Source: Cyanophora paradoxa CCMP329
Taxonomy: Eukaryota; Plantae; Glaucophyta
Length of the DNA stretch: 64,000 nt
NCBI GenBank assembly: GCA_004431415.1
Contig: QPMI01000560.1
Coordinates: 186,001-250,000 of the forward strand
Direction of reading: 5' to 3'
Shown here: positions 37,244-49,232 of the stretch, piece after piece
How positions within the stretch are numbered: position 1 is the first letter of the stretch
Layout of the letters: each line of letters opens with the position of its first letter
Notes under the pieces: model-generated
Database searches by the model: none
Told to the model about the DNA's origin: nothing
What the model saw: the letters and a program-made list of their open reading frames with translations, nothing else
Made by a program: the position numbers and the translations under genes

Positions 37244-40200
37244 ATGCCGCTGCCCGTGCTTCAGACAGCGGCCTCGACGCGCTCACATCGCACGGATGAC
37301 GCCGATGTGCCGTTCGAGATGCGAGGGCGATCCCCGGACACGATGGCCCGCGTACGGCGCAAACAGCTTTCAGTCTCCTCGCCGAGGTGGGCTCTGGCCC
37401 AGCGCGCCGAGATGACCAGCTCTGACTCCACCTCGCAGGGCGTTCCAGCAGAAGAACAGCGCGCTCGATAAGATCTTTCCTTGGCGCAAGCGTCTTCTCA
37501 CGCGGCTCGAGCGCTGGGTGCGTCCGCGGGCGCGACGCTTGAGCCTGGCTGCAGCTGCGGGGGCACCGACGGGCCGGGCAGGACACGGTTGCAGAATACG
37601 TCTCGGTCGGGATCGTCGCAGTATCGGTCGTGCTCTTCGTGGTGCGTGCCAGGCTCGGCTGCAACGGGCGCGCGCCGCGGCCAAGCGCGCGCCGCCGCAG
37701 GTGGGGAGCATCCCGGCCCTCGTGCAATACAGCACGTTCTGGTGCGCGCCCGCCCGCCCCTCCTGCACCTCGGGCTATCTATCCGCGGGGTCGGCGGCTG
37801 AGGGCGGGGGGGCCGGGGGCCGGGGCAGGCAGGTGATGGACGTGATCAGCGTGGTGGTTTTCACGCTGGAGATCCTCGTCCGAGCCTTCTGCGCCCCCTG
37901 CCTCCTCGACTACGCCAAGGTGCCACCACCCCGCCTCCGAAGCCCCGCCTCCGCCTGGCCTCGAGCGGGGCGGGGCGGGGGGGCAGGACCCGTTCAGCTG
38001 GGTGGACGTCATTGTGGTGGTCCCCCTCTACATCGAGGTCCCCCGCCCCGCCCCGCCCCGCCCCGCCCCGCCCCGCCCCGCCCCGTGCCCCGACGCGAGG
38101 CCGGGGCGCAGGTGGCGAGCGTGTCGGGGACGCTGGGACAGGTGCAGGCCCTCCGCGTCCTCCGCCTCGTCCAGGTCCCCGCCCGCCCCGCCCCGCCCCG
38201 CCCCACCCGCTCGCCCCCGCCGCTTCTTAGGCAGGCGCCGCCAGGTCTTCCGCATCTTCAAGCTCTGGCGCTGTGCGCGCCGCCGCCGCCCCCCGCTCGC
38301 GCCTGCACACCCGCACCCACCCGACGCCCGCGCCGCGCCGCGCCTCAGACGGGATCAACGCGCGCATCTTCATCGAGACGCTCGCGGAGACGAAGACCGC
38401 GTTCCTGTGCGAGCGCCACTATAATTCAAGTCTTAAATGAAGACCGTAATCTAACCACCTAACCCGCGCCGCGCCCCGCCCGCAGGATGCTGCTCTACTT
38501 CCTGGCGATCTACGTGATCGTCGTGGCATCGGCCATGCACTTCGCCGAGCGGGGCGCGTGGGACGAGGAGCGCCAGAACTGGCTCGTCACCGACCCCGAC
38601 ACCGGCGAGCAGGTCCGCCCGCCCCGCTCCCCAGCCCCCGCCGCCCCGCCCCGCCCCGCCCCGCCCCGACCGGGGCCGGCGCCAGGTCGTCTCGGGCTTC
38701 GAATCCATTCCCTCCGCCTTTTGGTTCACCGTCGTCATGATGACCACCACGGGCTTCGGGGACGTGGTGCCCCTGACGCCCTGGGGCAAGTCCATCTGCT
38801 CCTGCTCCATGGTGCGTGGTCGGACCTCCCCGCGGCTTGCGCCCCCCGGCTCACTCGCGCCGCCCCCCGCAGTTCGTCGCGATGATCCTCATGGTGCGCT
38901 CGCCGCCCGCCGCCCCCGCCGCCGCCGCCGCCCCCGCAGGCCGCCCGTTCGCTCACCCTCGCGCGCAGACGATGCCGATCGCGGTGATGCAGACGAGCTT
39001 CACGGAGGTGAACCAGCGGCTGCGGGAGCTGCAGCGGCAGCAGCGCGAGCTCCGCCGCGTCCGCCGCAGCCTCACCGCCCACTTCGCCCTCGAGGCCTGC
39101 CCCCGCCCTCCCGCCTCCTTCCACTCCACTCCCCTCCCCTCGCTTCGATCTGACCCGCCGGCCCCCGCGCGCCCCGCAGGAGGCCGACAGCGCCCTTGCC
39201 GCGGCGGCCGCGGCCGCGGCGGCGGCGGCGGTGGCGGCGGAGGTCAGTGGGCAGGAGCACGGCGAGCGGTCGCCGGTGGCGGCGGCGGCGGTGGCGGCGC
39301 TGGCGCGGCTGGCGGAGCGGCGGCGGGTGGAGGTGTGGCGGGCGGGGCGGGGGGCGACGCGCACGTGCTGGCGACGGACTTCCGGGAGGAGTGGGGCGAG
39401 GAGGGCGCGAGCGCCGCCGGCGGCTCCGAGGAGGCCGACGGGCCCGTGCCCCCGCCGTCCTCCTCGAGGCGCCCCCCAAGGCCCGCCTCAACGGCGCCCG
39501 CCCCGCCCCCGCCCCCGCCTCCGCCTCCGCCCCGCCGGCCCCCGCCTCGGCGCTGGAGGCGCTGGCGGCGCTGCGGGCGGCGAGCGGGACGCCCGAGGGC
39601 GACTCGCGGCGGGCGCTGACCTCCTCGGGGGCCTCCTCCCCCGCCCTCCGCCCCTCCCCGGCCCCGGCCCCCGCCCCGGGGCGGCACCCGCGGCTCGGGG
39701 ACATCGGGGGGCGGCGCCTGCGGGTCTCCTTCTCGGCGGAGGGCGGCCTGGGCCCCGCCCCGCCGGCCTCGGCGTCGGCCTCGGGGACCGAGTCGCGGGA
39801 TCGGAGCCCGACGGGCTCCTTCACGGAGCGCCCGCGCGCCGCCGCCGCCGCCGCCGCCGCCGCCTCCCGGGCGAGCATCGCCTCCCGCACGCAGACGGCC
39901 CGCGAGCGCGGGCTCCGCTCCTCCTCCGACCTCGCCGCCCCGTCCGCCCCGCCCCGCCCCCCCCCCCCCCCCCCCCCCCCTTCCCCCCCCTTCCCCCCGC
40001 CGCCCCCCTGGCTCCTCGGCTGAGCCACCGCTGCGCGCGCGCGCGCAGGCGGATTCCCTTCGGGGACGACCAGGTCTCCCTCACCTTCGTCTCCCGCCGC
40101 GACAGCATGCCCCGCATCCGCCGCGCGGGGGGCGCCTCCCCCGAGCCCCCGTCCCTCTCCTCCCTCCGCCGCATCCCCGCCGCCGGCCTCGGCCCGGGCC

Positions 40201-41681
40201 CCTACGAGGGCGCCTCCTCGGAGTCGAACCCGCCCTCGCCCCCCGGCTCCTTCCGCTCCCTCCCGCCGCCCCTCTCCGGCTCCTTCCGCGCCTTCGCCCC
40301 GCCGGCCGGGGGCCTGGGGGCCCGCTCCCCCCCGCTGCGCCCCGTCCCCGCCTCGCTGGAGGCCGTGGAGGCCCCTCCGTGGGAGGCGGGCGAGAGGGCG
40401 CCCCGGCCGCCGCTGCCGCAGCGGGGGGGCTCGTTCCGGCGGAACCCGCCCCCGCTTGCGCTCCTCGCCGCCGCGCACGAGATGCCGCCCCTGGAGGGGC
40501 CCCTCGGGCCCCCCAACCCCTTCGTCCTCGGGCCCGCCCCCATGTCCCCCCCGGGGCCCGCCCCCCCCGCCCCCGCCCCAACCCCTCCTCCTCCGAGCGC
40601 GCCCCCGCGCCGGAGCCTCCCGCCGAGGCCGCCCCGCCGGAGCCTCCCTCGCCGCCCCCTCCTCCTGCCCCTCCTGCCCCCGCCCCGGCGCTCCAGGCGC
40701 CGCCTGCGCCTGCGCTGGTCACCTCCCCGCCGGAGCCGCCGGGGGGCCGCCGGGGGAGGGCGGGGAGGCGGGGCGGGCGCTGCCCTTCTCGCCGCACGCG
40801 CAGGGGCAGGGGCAGGGGCCGGGCTCGCCGTGGCAGGGCCCCGGGGGCCTCCTCGCCTCGCTGCACGTCCTCTCGCCCACCGCCGACCTCCTCTTCGCCC
40901 CCTCGCCCGCCTCCCGCGCCGGGCACGGGCCGGGGCCCCCTCCCCCGCCTTCTTCTTCGGGGGCACCTCCTCCCCCGGCGAGCCGCCGGCGACGCCGCTG
41001 CCGGCGCTGCCGCCGGGGACGGCGGAGCTGCTGGCGCGGGCGGCGGCGGCGGCGGTGGACGCGGCGCTCAAGGACCGCCTCGACGCCATACGGCGCGAGG
41101 CGGCGGCGGCCGTGGCGGCCGCCATCCTCCGCGCCGCCCGCCCCGCCCTCTCCCGCGCCGCCTCCGGCTCCCACTCGCCCCCGGGCGGCCCCGGCCCCGC
41201 CCTCGCCCCCGCCCGCTCCGCCCGGGGCCCGGCGCTGCCCCAGAGGTTCGCAGCCCGGGCTCCGCCCCGGCCTCCCCCGCCGCCCCGCCGGCGGCCCTCG
41301 CTGCGCCGGCGGCCGGCGAGCCTCCCTTGGAGCCGCCGGGCGGGAGCGGCGGGGGCGGCTTCGAGGAGGGCGAGAGGGGGAGGGAGGGGGGCGAGAGCCC
41401 CGGGACCCCTGGCGGCAGCTCTGAGGCGGCGGGGGAGGGCGGGGAGGGGCCGCGGGCGAGGACGGCCGCGGGGCCGACGCCGCCGCGGAGATCGCTGCCG
41501 CGGCGGCCCCCCGGCCGGCCTGGCACGAGCTCGAGGCTCCCCCGCAGGGGCCCAGCCCGGGGGGGGCCTTGGAGGTGGGGCCCGGGCCCGGGGCGGGGCG
41601 GGACCCCGCGGTGGTGCGCCGCCTCCTCGCCCGCGCCGAGTCCCTCCTCTCCAAGCCCCTCCCGTCCCACGGCGGCCCTTA
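37244..41681 (+). CDS. Voltage-gated (Kv-like) potassium channel with long disordered C-terminus (3' end approximate)
   Basis: S2 [12 protein letters not shown]3 [14 protein letters not shown]4 [17 protein letters not shown], pore [32 protein letters not shown]6 ending [10 protein letters not shown]. Confidence 0.85.
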
Positions 41682-42414
41682 AGCGAGCCGCCACAAGTTA
41701 CATACACGCGCGACGCGCATTCGAATTAGTACATCTGGCATAACGAACACGTACTAGTACTATATTCTATTCGCTATACTTGTTGCCGACTCGGCGAGTT
41801 GGTAATACAATTGGGGGTACTTTCAATAGTATGATATTCTCTTGCGGAAAAGTTTAAACCACACACGCGCGAAGTGCGAGATTCGGTGCTTGCTGATCAA
41901 GATCATATGCAGAAAGCGGTACTACGGTACCTTGGTAAAAGCGGTCGGAGGGTCCGGTCCGCCCGGGCGCCGGTCCGAGGGGTTCCGAGGCCCCGGACCG
42001 GCAGCCGGATAAATACGCACACGAGAATAGGGTCCCGGTATCTAGTCCTACTCGTACTAAGCTGGGGCGACAGCAAGGCGCGGGAACGTACACTAGCGGC
42101 CTAAGCGGATCCCGAACGCTGCGCAGACACTGAATCTCTAGCTAGGGGCAATGCTGCGGGACTTGGGGCAATTGCAAGCGACTGGGGGGGAAGGCTGCGC
42201 ACTAAACTGCTCAGGACGAAAAAAACGAAATACTCGAAATACTAATACCCGCCCCGCAAACAGGAGGCAGGGCAGGCCGGCTGCAGTCGCCGCTTGAAAA
42301 CACTTGAAACGAAGGACGGCGTGAAGCTGGATGACGGGTGCGGCTGCTGCGGGCGCTGCGCGGGCCCGGCGGCCCGCGGGACGGCCGGCTCGCTGGCTCG
42401 GGGGCGGCCGGCGG

Positions 42415-45400
42415 CTAGTGCTTGCCGAAGGAGGAGGGGGAGGCGAGGAGGCCGGAGAGGAAGGCCTCCTGCTGGGCCTGGTTCATCTGCAGCGCCGCCA
42501 GGTCCGCCTCCAGCTGCGCCAGCGGGCCGCTCCGCGGGGCCCCGCCCCCGCCCCCCCCGTGCCCGCCCCGCTGCGCCGCCGCCGCCACGTGCGCCGCCGC
42601 CGCCGCGTGCGCCGCCGCCTGCGCGGCGGCGTGCGCGGCGGCGTGGGCGGCGCTGCTGGAGGCCGGGGGCGAGGAGGAGGCGGAGGAGAGGGAGGTGCCC
42701 GGGGAGGGCCCGGGGTACGCCCCCGAAAGGGAGTTGGAGCGGGAGGAGCGGGTGGAGGGGGAGGCGGAGAGGCCCGCGGGGGGCGTGCGGGCCCCCGAGG
42801 AGGCGCCGTAGAGGGCGTGCAGGTGCAGCGGCGGCAGCGGGCCATCGCGGTCCCACGAGACCGACCCCAGCTCCTCGAGGCCGGCGGCGCCCAGGGAGCC
42901 CTTGCGCGGCATCGGCGGCGGCGCGTTCTCGCCGGCGGCCCCGGAGCTCCAGTGGTGGTGGCCGAGGGCGGGGGAGGGGGCGCGGGCGAGGGCGGAGAGG
43001 AAGGCGACCTGGGCCTCGGCGCGGGCGAGGCGCCCCTGCAGCTCCGAGCACTGCCGCCGCCACCCCTCCGCCTGCTGCGCCAGCGCCGCCTTCTCCCGCT
43101 GCAGCTGCTCTGCGCCCCCGGCCCCGCCCCGCTCACGAAGGAAAGGAAAGGAAAGGAAAGGAAAGGAAAGGAAAGGAGAGGAGAGGAGGGGGGCGGACCG
43201 ACGCGGATGCGGAGGATCGCCTCGTCGGGGCCGGCGGAGAGGCCGCCCCCCTGCGCCCCGCCCTGCCCGCCCCCCGCGGGGCCCGGCGACTGCGACCCGC
43301 CCCCGCCGCCCCCGTTCGCCTGCGCCTGCCGGCCGGCTCGCGTCGGCGGAGCAGCGCGGCGCGGAGGCGGTGGGAGGGAGAGGAGAGGCGCACGGCGGCG
43401 GCGGCGGCGGCGAGGGAGCGGAGCTCCTCCATGCGCTGCTGGAGCAGCAGCACCTCGGGCTGCCCGCCCCGCCCCGCCCCGTCACGCCCGCCCCGCGCAA
43501 GCGAGGCGCCGGCGGCGCGGCGCGCGCACCGGCGGTGGGCCGCGAGACTCGTCGGGCGAGGGCGGCGAGGGGGCCCCCGCGCCGCTGCCCCGCCCCCGCC
43601 GGCGGGGCGGGGGCGTTGAGCTGCTCCCACTCCCAGGCGCGCCCGGCGGCGTCGGCGGCGGCGGCGGCGGCGTCGGCGGCGGCGCTGGCGCCGGCGGCGA
43701 GGGCGGCCCCGAGGGCGCTCGCGAGGTCCTCGTCCGAGGCCGGCCGCGCGGGGCTCGTCACCGAGCCCCCGCTCCGGGGCGGCTGGGGCACGGGGGCGGG
43801 GAGCGGGGCCGGGGGCGGCTGGCCGCCGGCGCGGGCGCAGCGGCGGATGATGCCGGTGAGGTAGCCGGAGTGGGACTGTATGGCGCGCATGCCGACGCGG
43901 GAGACGCCCTCCACGAAGAGCTCCAGCGCCTCTAGCGCCGTGCCCCGCTCCAGCCCCCTGCCCCACGCTCCCTCACACGCCGCCCCAGCCGCTCGCCCCG
44001 CGCCGCGTCGGGAGGGGCGCACGAGAGCTCCTGGAGGACCTGGGCGGAGAGGCGCACGAAGCCGTCCGTGCGGCACGCCAGCTCGAGCCGCATCAGCCGC
44101 CCCCGCACCTCCCCCTCCAGCCGCCGCGTCTCTGCGAGCCCGCCCCCGCCCCCGCCCTTCAGCCCCGCCCGCGGGGGCGGAGCGGGAGGAGACGGGGGGA
44201 AGGGGTGCGGGGCGGACGGGCGGCGCGGTCGCGGAGGATGGCGAGGTACTGGGCGACGGCGCGGGGGCCGGTGAGGGTGCGCCGCTCGAGGGCCCCCGCC
44301 AGCACCTCCAGCATCAGCGCCGCGTCCGCCAGCCCCGCCCCCCTGTTCCCGCCCCGCCCCTCAGCGCGCGCCCCGGCCCCTTCTCTCGCATCGCTGCCGG
44401 CCGCACTTGAGCGTCTCGATGGCGTCCTGCGCCGGCGCCGTCGGTGTGGGGGAGAGAGGGGCGCTCGGGCACATCGCGCGGGGCGCCGCGGACCTCGTCG
44501 AAGTAGACAGGGGCGTTGTTGGAGAAGCGCAGCGCCGCCTGCATCGCCAGCACCGCCCGCTGCAGCGCCGGCGGCAGCGTCCGCACCGCTGCGCGCAACG
44601 CGTCGGCCCGACGCAGCGTTCGGGGCCCCTGGCTCGAGGAGGGCGAGAGGCGCGCGGATTCCGCCGTCCCTTAAGCGCGCGGCGTCCGACGCTCCTTTCG
44701 GGAGCCGACGAAAGTGACCCGAATGGAAGAAGAAACAAACAAGGAATTCGAGGAGGCCCGCGACGCCCTCTTCTCTCTTTGGATCCCTTCCTCCGCCCCA
44801 AAAGCCCGGGGGGGACGGGGGAGCGGGCGGGGGGGCGGGGCGGACCCCTGCGCTGCTGGGCAATGGTGAAGAGGTAGGCGCCGCCCTCGGAGATGACGCC
44901 GCTCGGCACGTCGTTCACCCGCTGCTCGAACTGCTGCAGCACCTGCGCCCCGCCGCCCAGCGCCCGGCCCCTCAGCGCCCCCTCCCGTCGCAGACGCGCC
45001 CCGCCTCCCCGCGCCCCCGCCGCGAAGGGGTTAATGTGAATTTAAGCGGAAGCTCGAGTGTGGCTGATAAAGGTTTCGTCCGCGCTCGGGTCTTCTGTGC
45101 ATGCACAGCGGCGGAGGCGCCGCCGCGCGGGGCGCCTCACCTGAAGCGCGTCGTCTTCGGCGAGGGCGCTGCGCGCCGCGGCAGAGCTCGCTCAGTTCGG
45201 GCGCGAAACGGCACGCCGGCGCCTCCAGAAAAGAAGGGAATGCACCTGAGAGCCTCGGCACACATGCTGGTGACGGGCCTGCGGCGCCGCGTGGCGGGCG
45301 GCGTCGGTCGGGGCGCGCGCGGCGCGGGCCGCGCAACGCGGGGCGCATCGGGGGCGCACAGGGGGTGCTGGAGGGCGGGGTAGGAGCGGCCCTCCATCGA

Positions 45401-46047
45401 CTCGAGCTTCTGCCGCACGCTCGGCTGCAGGCTGTACATCGCTGCGCGGCGCGCCCGGCCGGCCGGGGTGAGGGGCGGCCACAGCGGGGCGGGGCGGGGC
45501 GGGGCGGGGCGGGGCGCGCTGATGATCTTGCGGAAGAGGGCGGAGACGTTCTCGACGGGGGCCGCCGAGGGGTCGTCCAGCCGCCTCAGGAAGGCCTGCA
45601 GCGCCGCGAACGCCGCCGTCGGCTCCAGCCGCCTGCCCCGCCCCGCCCCCGCTCAGCCAGCGCCGCCCCCGCCGGCCCCCGATCGCCGGCCCCCCGGAGC
45701 GCCCGGTCGCACCGGAGCGCGGTGATCCGCTCCGCATCGAAGTGGAGGGGGCCCCTGGGGGCGTCTCGTGTCAGGGCGGTGCGCGTCGGATTGGAGCTGG
45801 AAAATGGGGCTGCTATTAATATCGAACCGGAGGTGGTGAAATCGCCGGGTTCTGCGAAGGGCAGCGTGGGTAGGGCGTTATCGCGTTCGGGACGGGGCGG
45901 GCTGCATATGGGGTCGGGGGCGGGGGCGGCGGCGGCGCACGTGGCGGCGCGGATCTCGAACGAAATGGCCTGGTCGATATCCGACAGCTGCAGCTGCTCG
46001 ACATCGCGCACCGCCTGCACCTGGGCCTGGGCATGCGCAGCCTGCAC
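42415..46047 (-). CDS. Protein with about four hnRNP Q acidic (NURR)-like helical repeats and a C-terminal coiled coil (5' end uncertain, may reach about 46.8 kb)
   Basis: Repeated units ending VENVSALFRKII, SEGGAYLFTIAQ, RAVAQYLAILRD and QSHSGYLTGIIRR, each preceded by an 'A..L..F'-type helix. Confidence 0.5.
43141..43175. repeat. (GAAAG)7 microsatellite
   Basis: Seven perfect tandem GAAAG units. Confidence 0.9.
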
Positions 46048-47578
46048 CGCTGCAGCTGCAAGCGCCCGTCAGACACGCGCTCGCGCCGCACAACAGCGCT
46101 GGAGTCGAGTGCGTAATGATGGGGACTGATAACTCGAGCTCTTTCTAATGGGAACACTTGAGCGCCTCGTGTGCGCGGCATCCGTCGGTTTGTTGGCGGA
46201 TGCCGGCCGGGGCTCCCGCACGGCGTATTCGACGGCCGGGTCGCATAGAACGCTTCTAGGGTCGCGAACGTTTGTGCATGCGTTTTCTCCGGCTTATGCG
46301 AATATCGTTTCGACGACGGGTGGTGATTAGAGCGCTCGCGGAGCTCGAGTGGATATGCGCACCGGTTGCAGGCCCAGCGGATGCGAAGCTCAGCATCGAA
46401 AATGTGTCACTGCACCTATGTGCTCCGCATGAACGCCAGCTCCTCGCTCGACTTGCAATAAGTGCAGGCTGCGCCGCTGCGGGAAGCACGTAAGGAATTG
46501 CTTCCGACGCTCCAGATCCAATCCTCGCCGTGCAGCGTGTCGTTGGATGCCACTCGGCGAAGTGCGGGCGCTTTGCTAATGGGATCTCCCTTCGGAGTTT
46601 TTCGGTCGGGGTAGGCGGCAGTTAGGCGCGCGCACGGTTCGCTCGGTGGCGCTGGAGAAGAAGAACTCGCCTCTCGGAGCGCGGCAGTCTCCGGCAGACC
46701 GTTCGAGACACGGCTCCTCCTGCTGGGGACGCCGCGCAGTCGAAACTGGCTGAGGATGCGCTGTCGACTCGGCGATCGCAGCGCTGCCACGTGCACCTTG
46801 CGCCGCGCTTCCGCTGCGGCGGCTAGAACCGCAGCTGCAGCGCACGCCGCGACCGGACGCTAGCTATATATGCAGGAAGAAGCTGCACGCGCTAGCTGTA
46901 CATACTATGATATATAGCACGCGCCGCGCGCTAGCTGGCAGCGGACGTGCGACGCGGCCGCCGGGCAGCTAGCGGTGCGCGGGAGCGCGCGCTAGCTTCG
47001 TGGCGCCGGACTCCGAGACCTTACACACGCGCGCGCGCGCGCCAGTAATCTTCAGGTTGCAATTTGCAACTATACTAGTAGTACTGCATTTCGGTTAGTA
47101 AAATTCCCACGCACGGCGGCACGGGCAAATTTAAACCGAATTGCGAATTTCTTCGAAAATATCGAATATCGCGATCGAGGTTTAAATTGATCAATATTTA
47201 TTCAAATATTGGCCTAAGCGTGCAGGCTGATGCAGCCCATCGATATCATATGCATCGCTGCCCATGCATGCAGCCCTTGCAATTGGACCCGAGCAGAGTC
47301 GAACCAGAGATCTAAACATGATAATACAAATTTAATTCTTTAATCTGGATCGAGAGAAATTCGTTGAGATTTTAATAAGCTAATTCTGCGAAAAAGAAGC
47401 GCTTAAGCGGACGGTACCGGTCCGCTTTGACCTTCCGACCGACGGCTCCCGTACTGTACCCAACAAACATCCATGCAGGAGCGAACACATACCAATATTA
47501 ATGCATAATGGATGGGAACACATCCGGAACTTCTTAACAAGGAGCTGCGCCACTAGCTAGTACTGGGCCAGCTAGCTA

Positions 47579-47798
47579 CCGTGTAATACTTAATTACCGC
47601 GCTCGCTCAAAATTCTTAGAACGCAGTAATTTGGTAGCGCAGTATTACCCCCTTTGCTAACAAATAATGCATTTTAAATTTCGAGGCCCATGGAACGCAG
47701 TAATTATATAATTTGGTAGCGCAGTAAATTAAAGCGCCTACCGGCGCAGAGAATTCGGAACGCAGTAATTTGTGGCGCAGTAAATAAGTATTACACGG
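47579..47798. mobile_element. 220-bp MITE, Tc1/mariner-pogo type
   Basis: Left end CCGTGTAATACTTAATTACCGCGC matches the reverse complement of the right end (CCGTGTAATACTTATTTACTGCGC) at 22/24. TA on both flanks. Three internal GAACGCAGTAAT...GCGCAGTA repeats. Confidence 0.85.
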
Positions 47799-48792
47799 TA
47801 TAGAGCGCTGCGCGCGGAACCGGTACACTGGCAAATTATTAAACTTGAAAGTCTGGCACCGTACTACTAGTAGCTGCGGACTCAGTGCGGAGTCTGCGGT
47901 AAAGGACCGGAAGCTTCGATAAGGACCGATATCAATTCTCGGCGAGCGCTCCTCCGATCGATATCGATATCATCGAGGGGCGGATCGGATAATCATGATC
48001 ATGATCATGATCATAGCGGGCCATCAGCAGCCGCTGAGCGGCCGCGGCTGCTCTAGTTATAGCTATGCTTCTTGTTGTTGGGCTCGAGCTCCCACGGGCC
48101 ACGGGCCGCCCGGGGCCGCGACCATGGGCCCGGGGAAAGCTTATCTTCAAAGCTATAAGCTTATCTACTAGGCTAGATGTGCGCTTGCGGCGCACGCGCG
48201 CGCTGCGCATGCTGGGCCCGGAGTCAGCCGGCGGACTCACCGGCCGCGGGCCGGGGGAGCCCGAGCTCGAGCGCGCTAGCTTGTCGACGTCGCGGGCGGG
48301 CGCGGGCGCGCTTGCCGCAGTGCGCTGGTGCTGTGCCAGTCCCGCTGGTCCCGCCTGTTGAAGGCCACGAACGAAGGCGTCGCCGCCCTAGGCCTGTTCC
48401 ACTGCGCATGCGCATGCGGGGTCATGGCCATGGAGTCATGATCAGTGGAGCTCGACGGCGGGTCGGGGCGGGGGGCACCGTGTACCGCCGGGCTGCGCGG
48501 CTGTCGGCTTGGCGCAAAAGCCTGCGGCCGCGGAGCTTTTAGTCCTGCCATGCGCCGAGATCGAAATACTAGCAGACCGCGCCCGGCCCTGTGCAAGTGC
48601 TTCAAGTGCGGGCCGCGCGCGGAGGTGCAAGGGGGGGTACTTGACTCATTGCAGGGCACTTCGGGGGGGGGGGGGGGGGGGGGAAGGCAGGCAGCGGCAG
48701 GCGGGGTGCCGAGGTGGGCGGGTGGGGTGGGGAGGGAGGCGGCGGCGAGGGCGGCGGCGGGCCCGGGGAGGGGGCACGGGAGCTAGGAGCGG

Positions 48793-49232
48793 CAGGTGGC
48801 GCCGTGCCCTCCGCATATATAGCCTGCGAAGGGCCGATCGCGAGGCGTCAGCTCTCCCCCGACAGCGGCTGTGCGGGGGCGGGGCCCGGCGGGATCGGCC
48901 GGTTCAGGTGCGTAGCAGCAGCGGCGGGACGAACCTGGAGTCGACGAAGCTGAGGCAGCGGGCGGGGCGGCGGGCGAGGAAGCGAGCGGAGCGTCAGGTG
49001 GCGCCGGGCCCTGCGCATAGCCTGCGCATGCGCAGAGCTGAGGCGTCAGCTCGCCCCCGACAGCGGCTGTGCGGGGGCGGGGCCCGGCGGGATCGGCCGG
49101 GTCAGGTGCGTAGCAGCAGCGGCGGGACGAACCTGGAGTCGACGAAGCTGAGGCAGCGGGCGGGGCGGCGGGCGAGGAAGCGGGCGGAGCGGCGGCAGGA
49201 GGCGCCGGGCCCTGCGCATAGCCTGCGCATGC
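48793..49232. repeat. Tandem duplication, about 198-bp period (about 2.2 copies)
   Basis: Units starting GAGGCGTCAGCT at 48842 and 49040 are near-identical. A partial copy lies at 48793-48830. Confidence 0.9.

Noticed and set aside
38041-38085. (CCCCG)n arrays as telomeric or CRISPR-like repeats
   Set aside because: No spacers are present. They recur at the 5' side of most introns as ordinary intron low complexity.
47619-47782. Three spaced direct repeats resembling a mini-CRISPR or iterons
   Set aside because: They lie inside the TA-flanked MITE, are imperfect, and there are no cas genes in this eukaryotic context.
48663-48683. G21 run as the poly(C) tail of a second minus-strand retroelement
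   Set aside because: No matching direct repeat was found, and the adjacent sequence does not resemble the 3' end of the 58.6-60.2 kb element.
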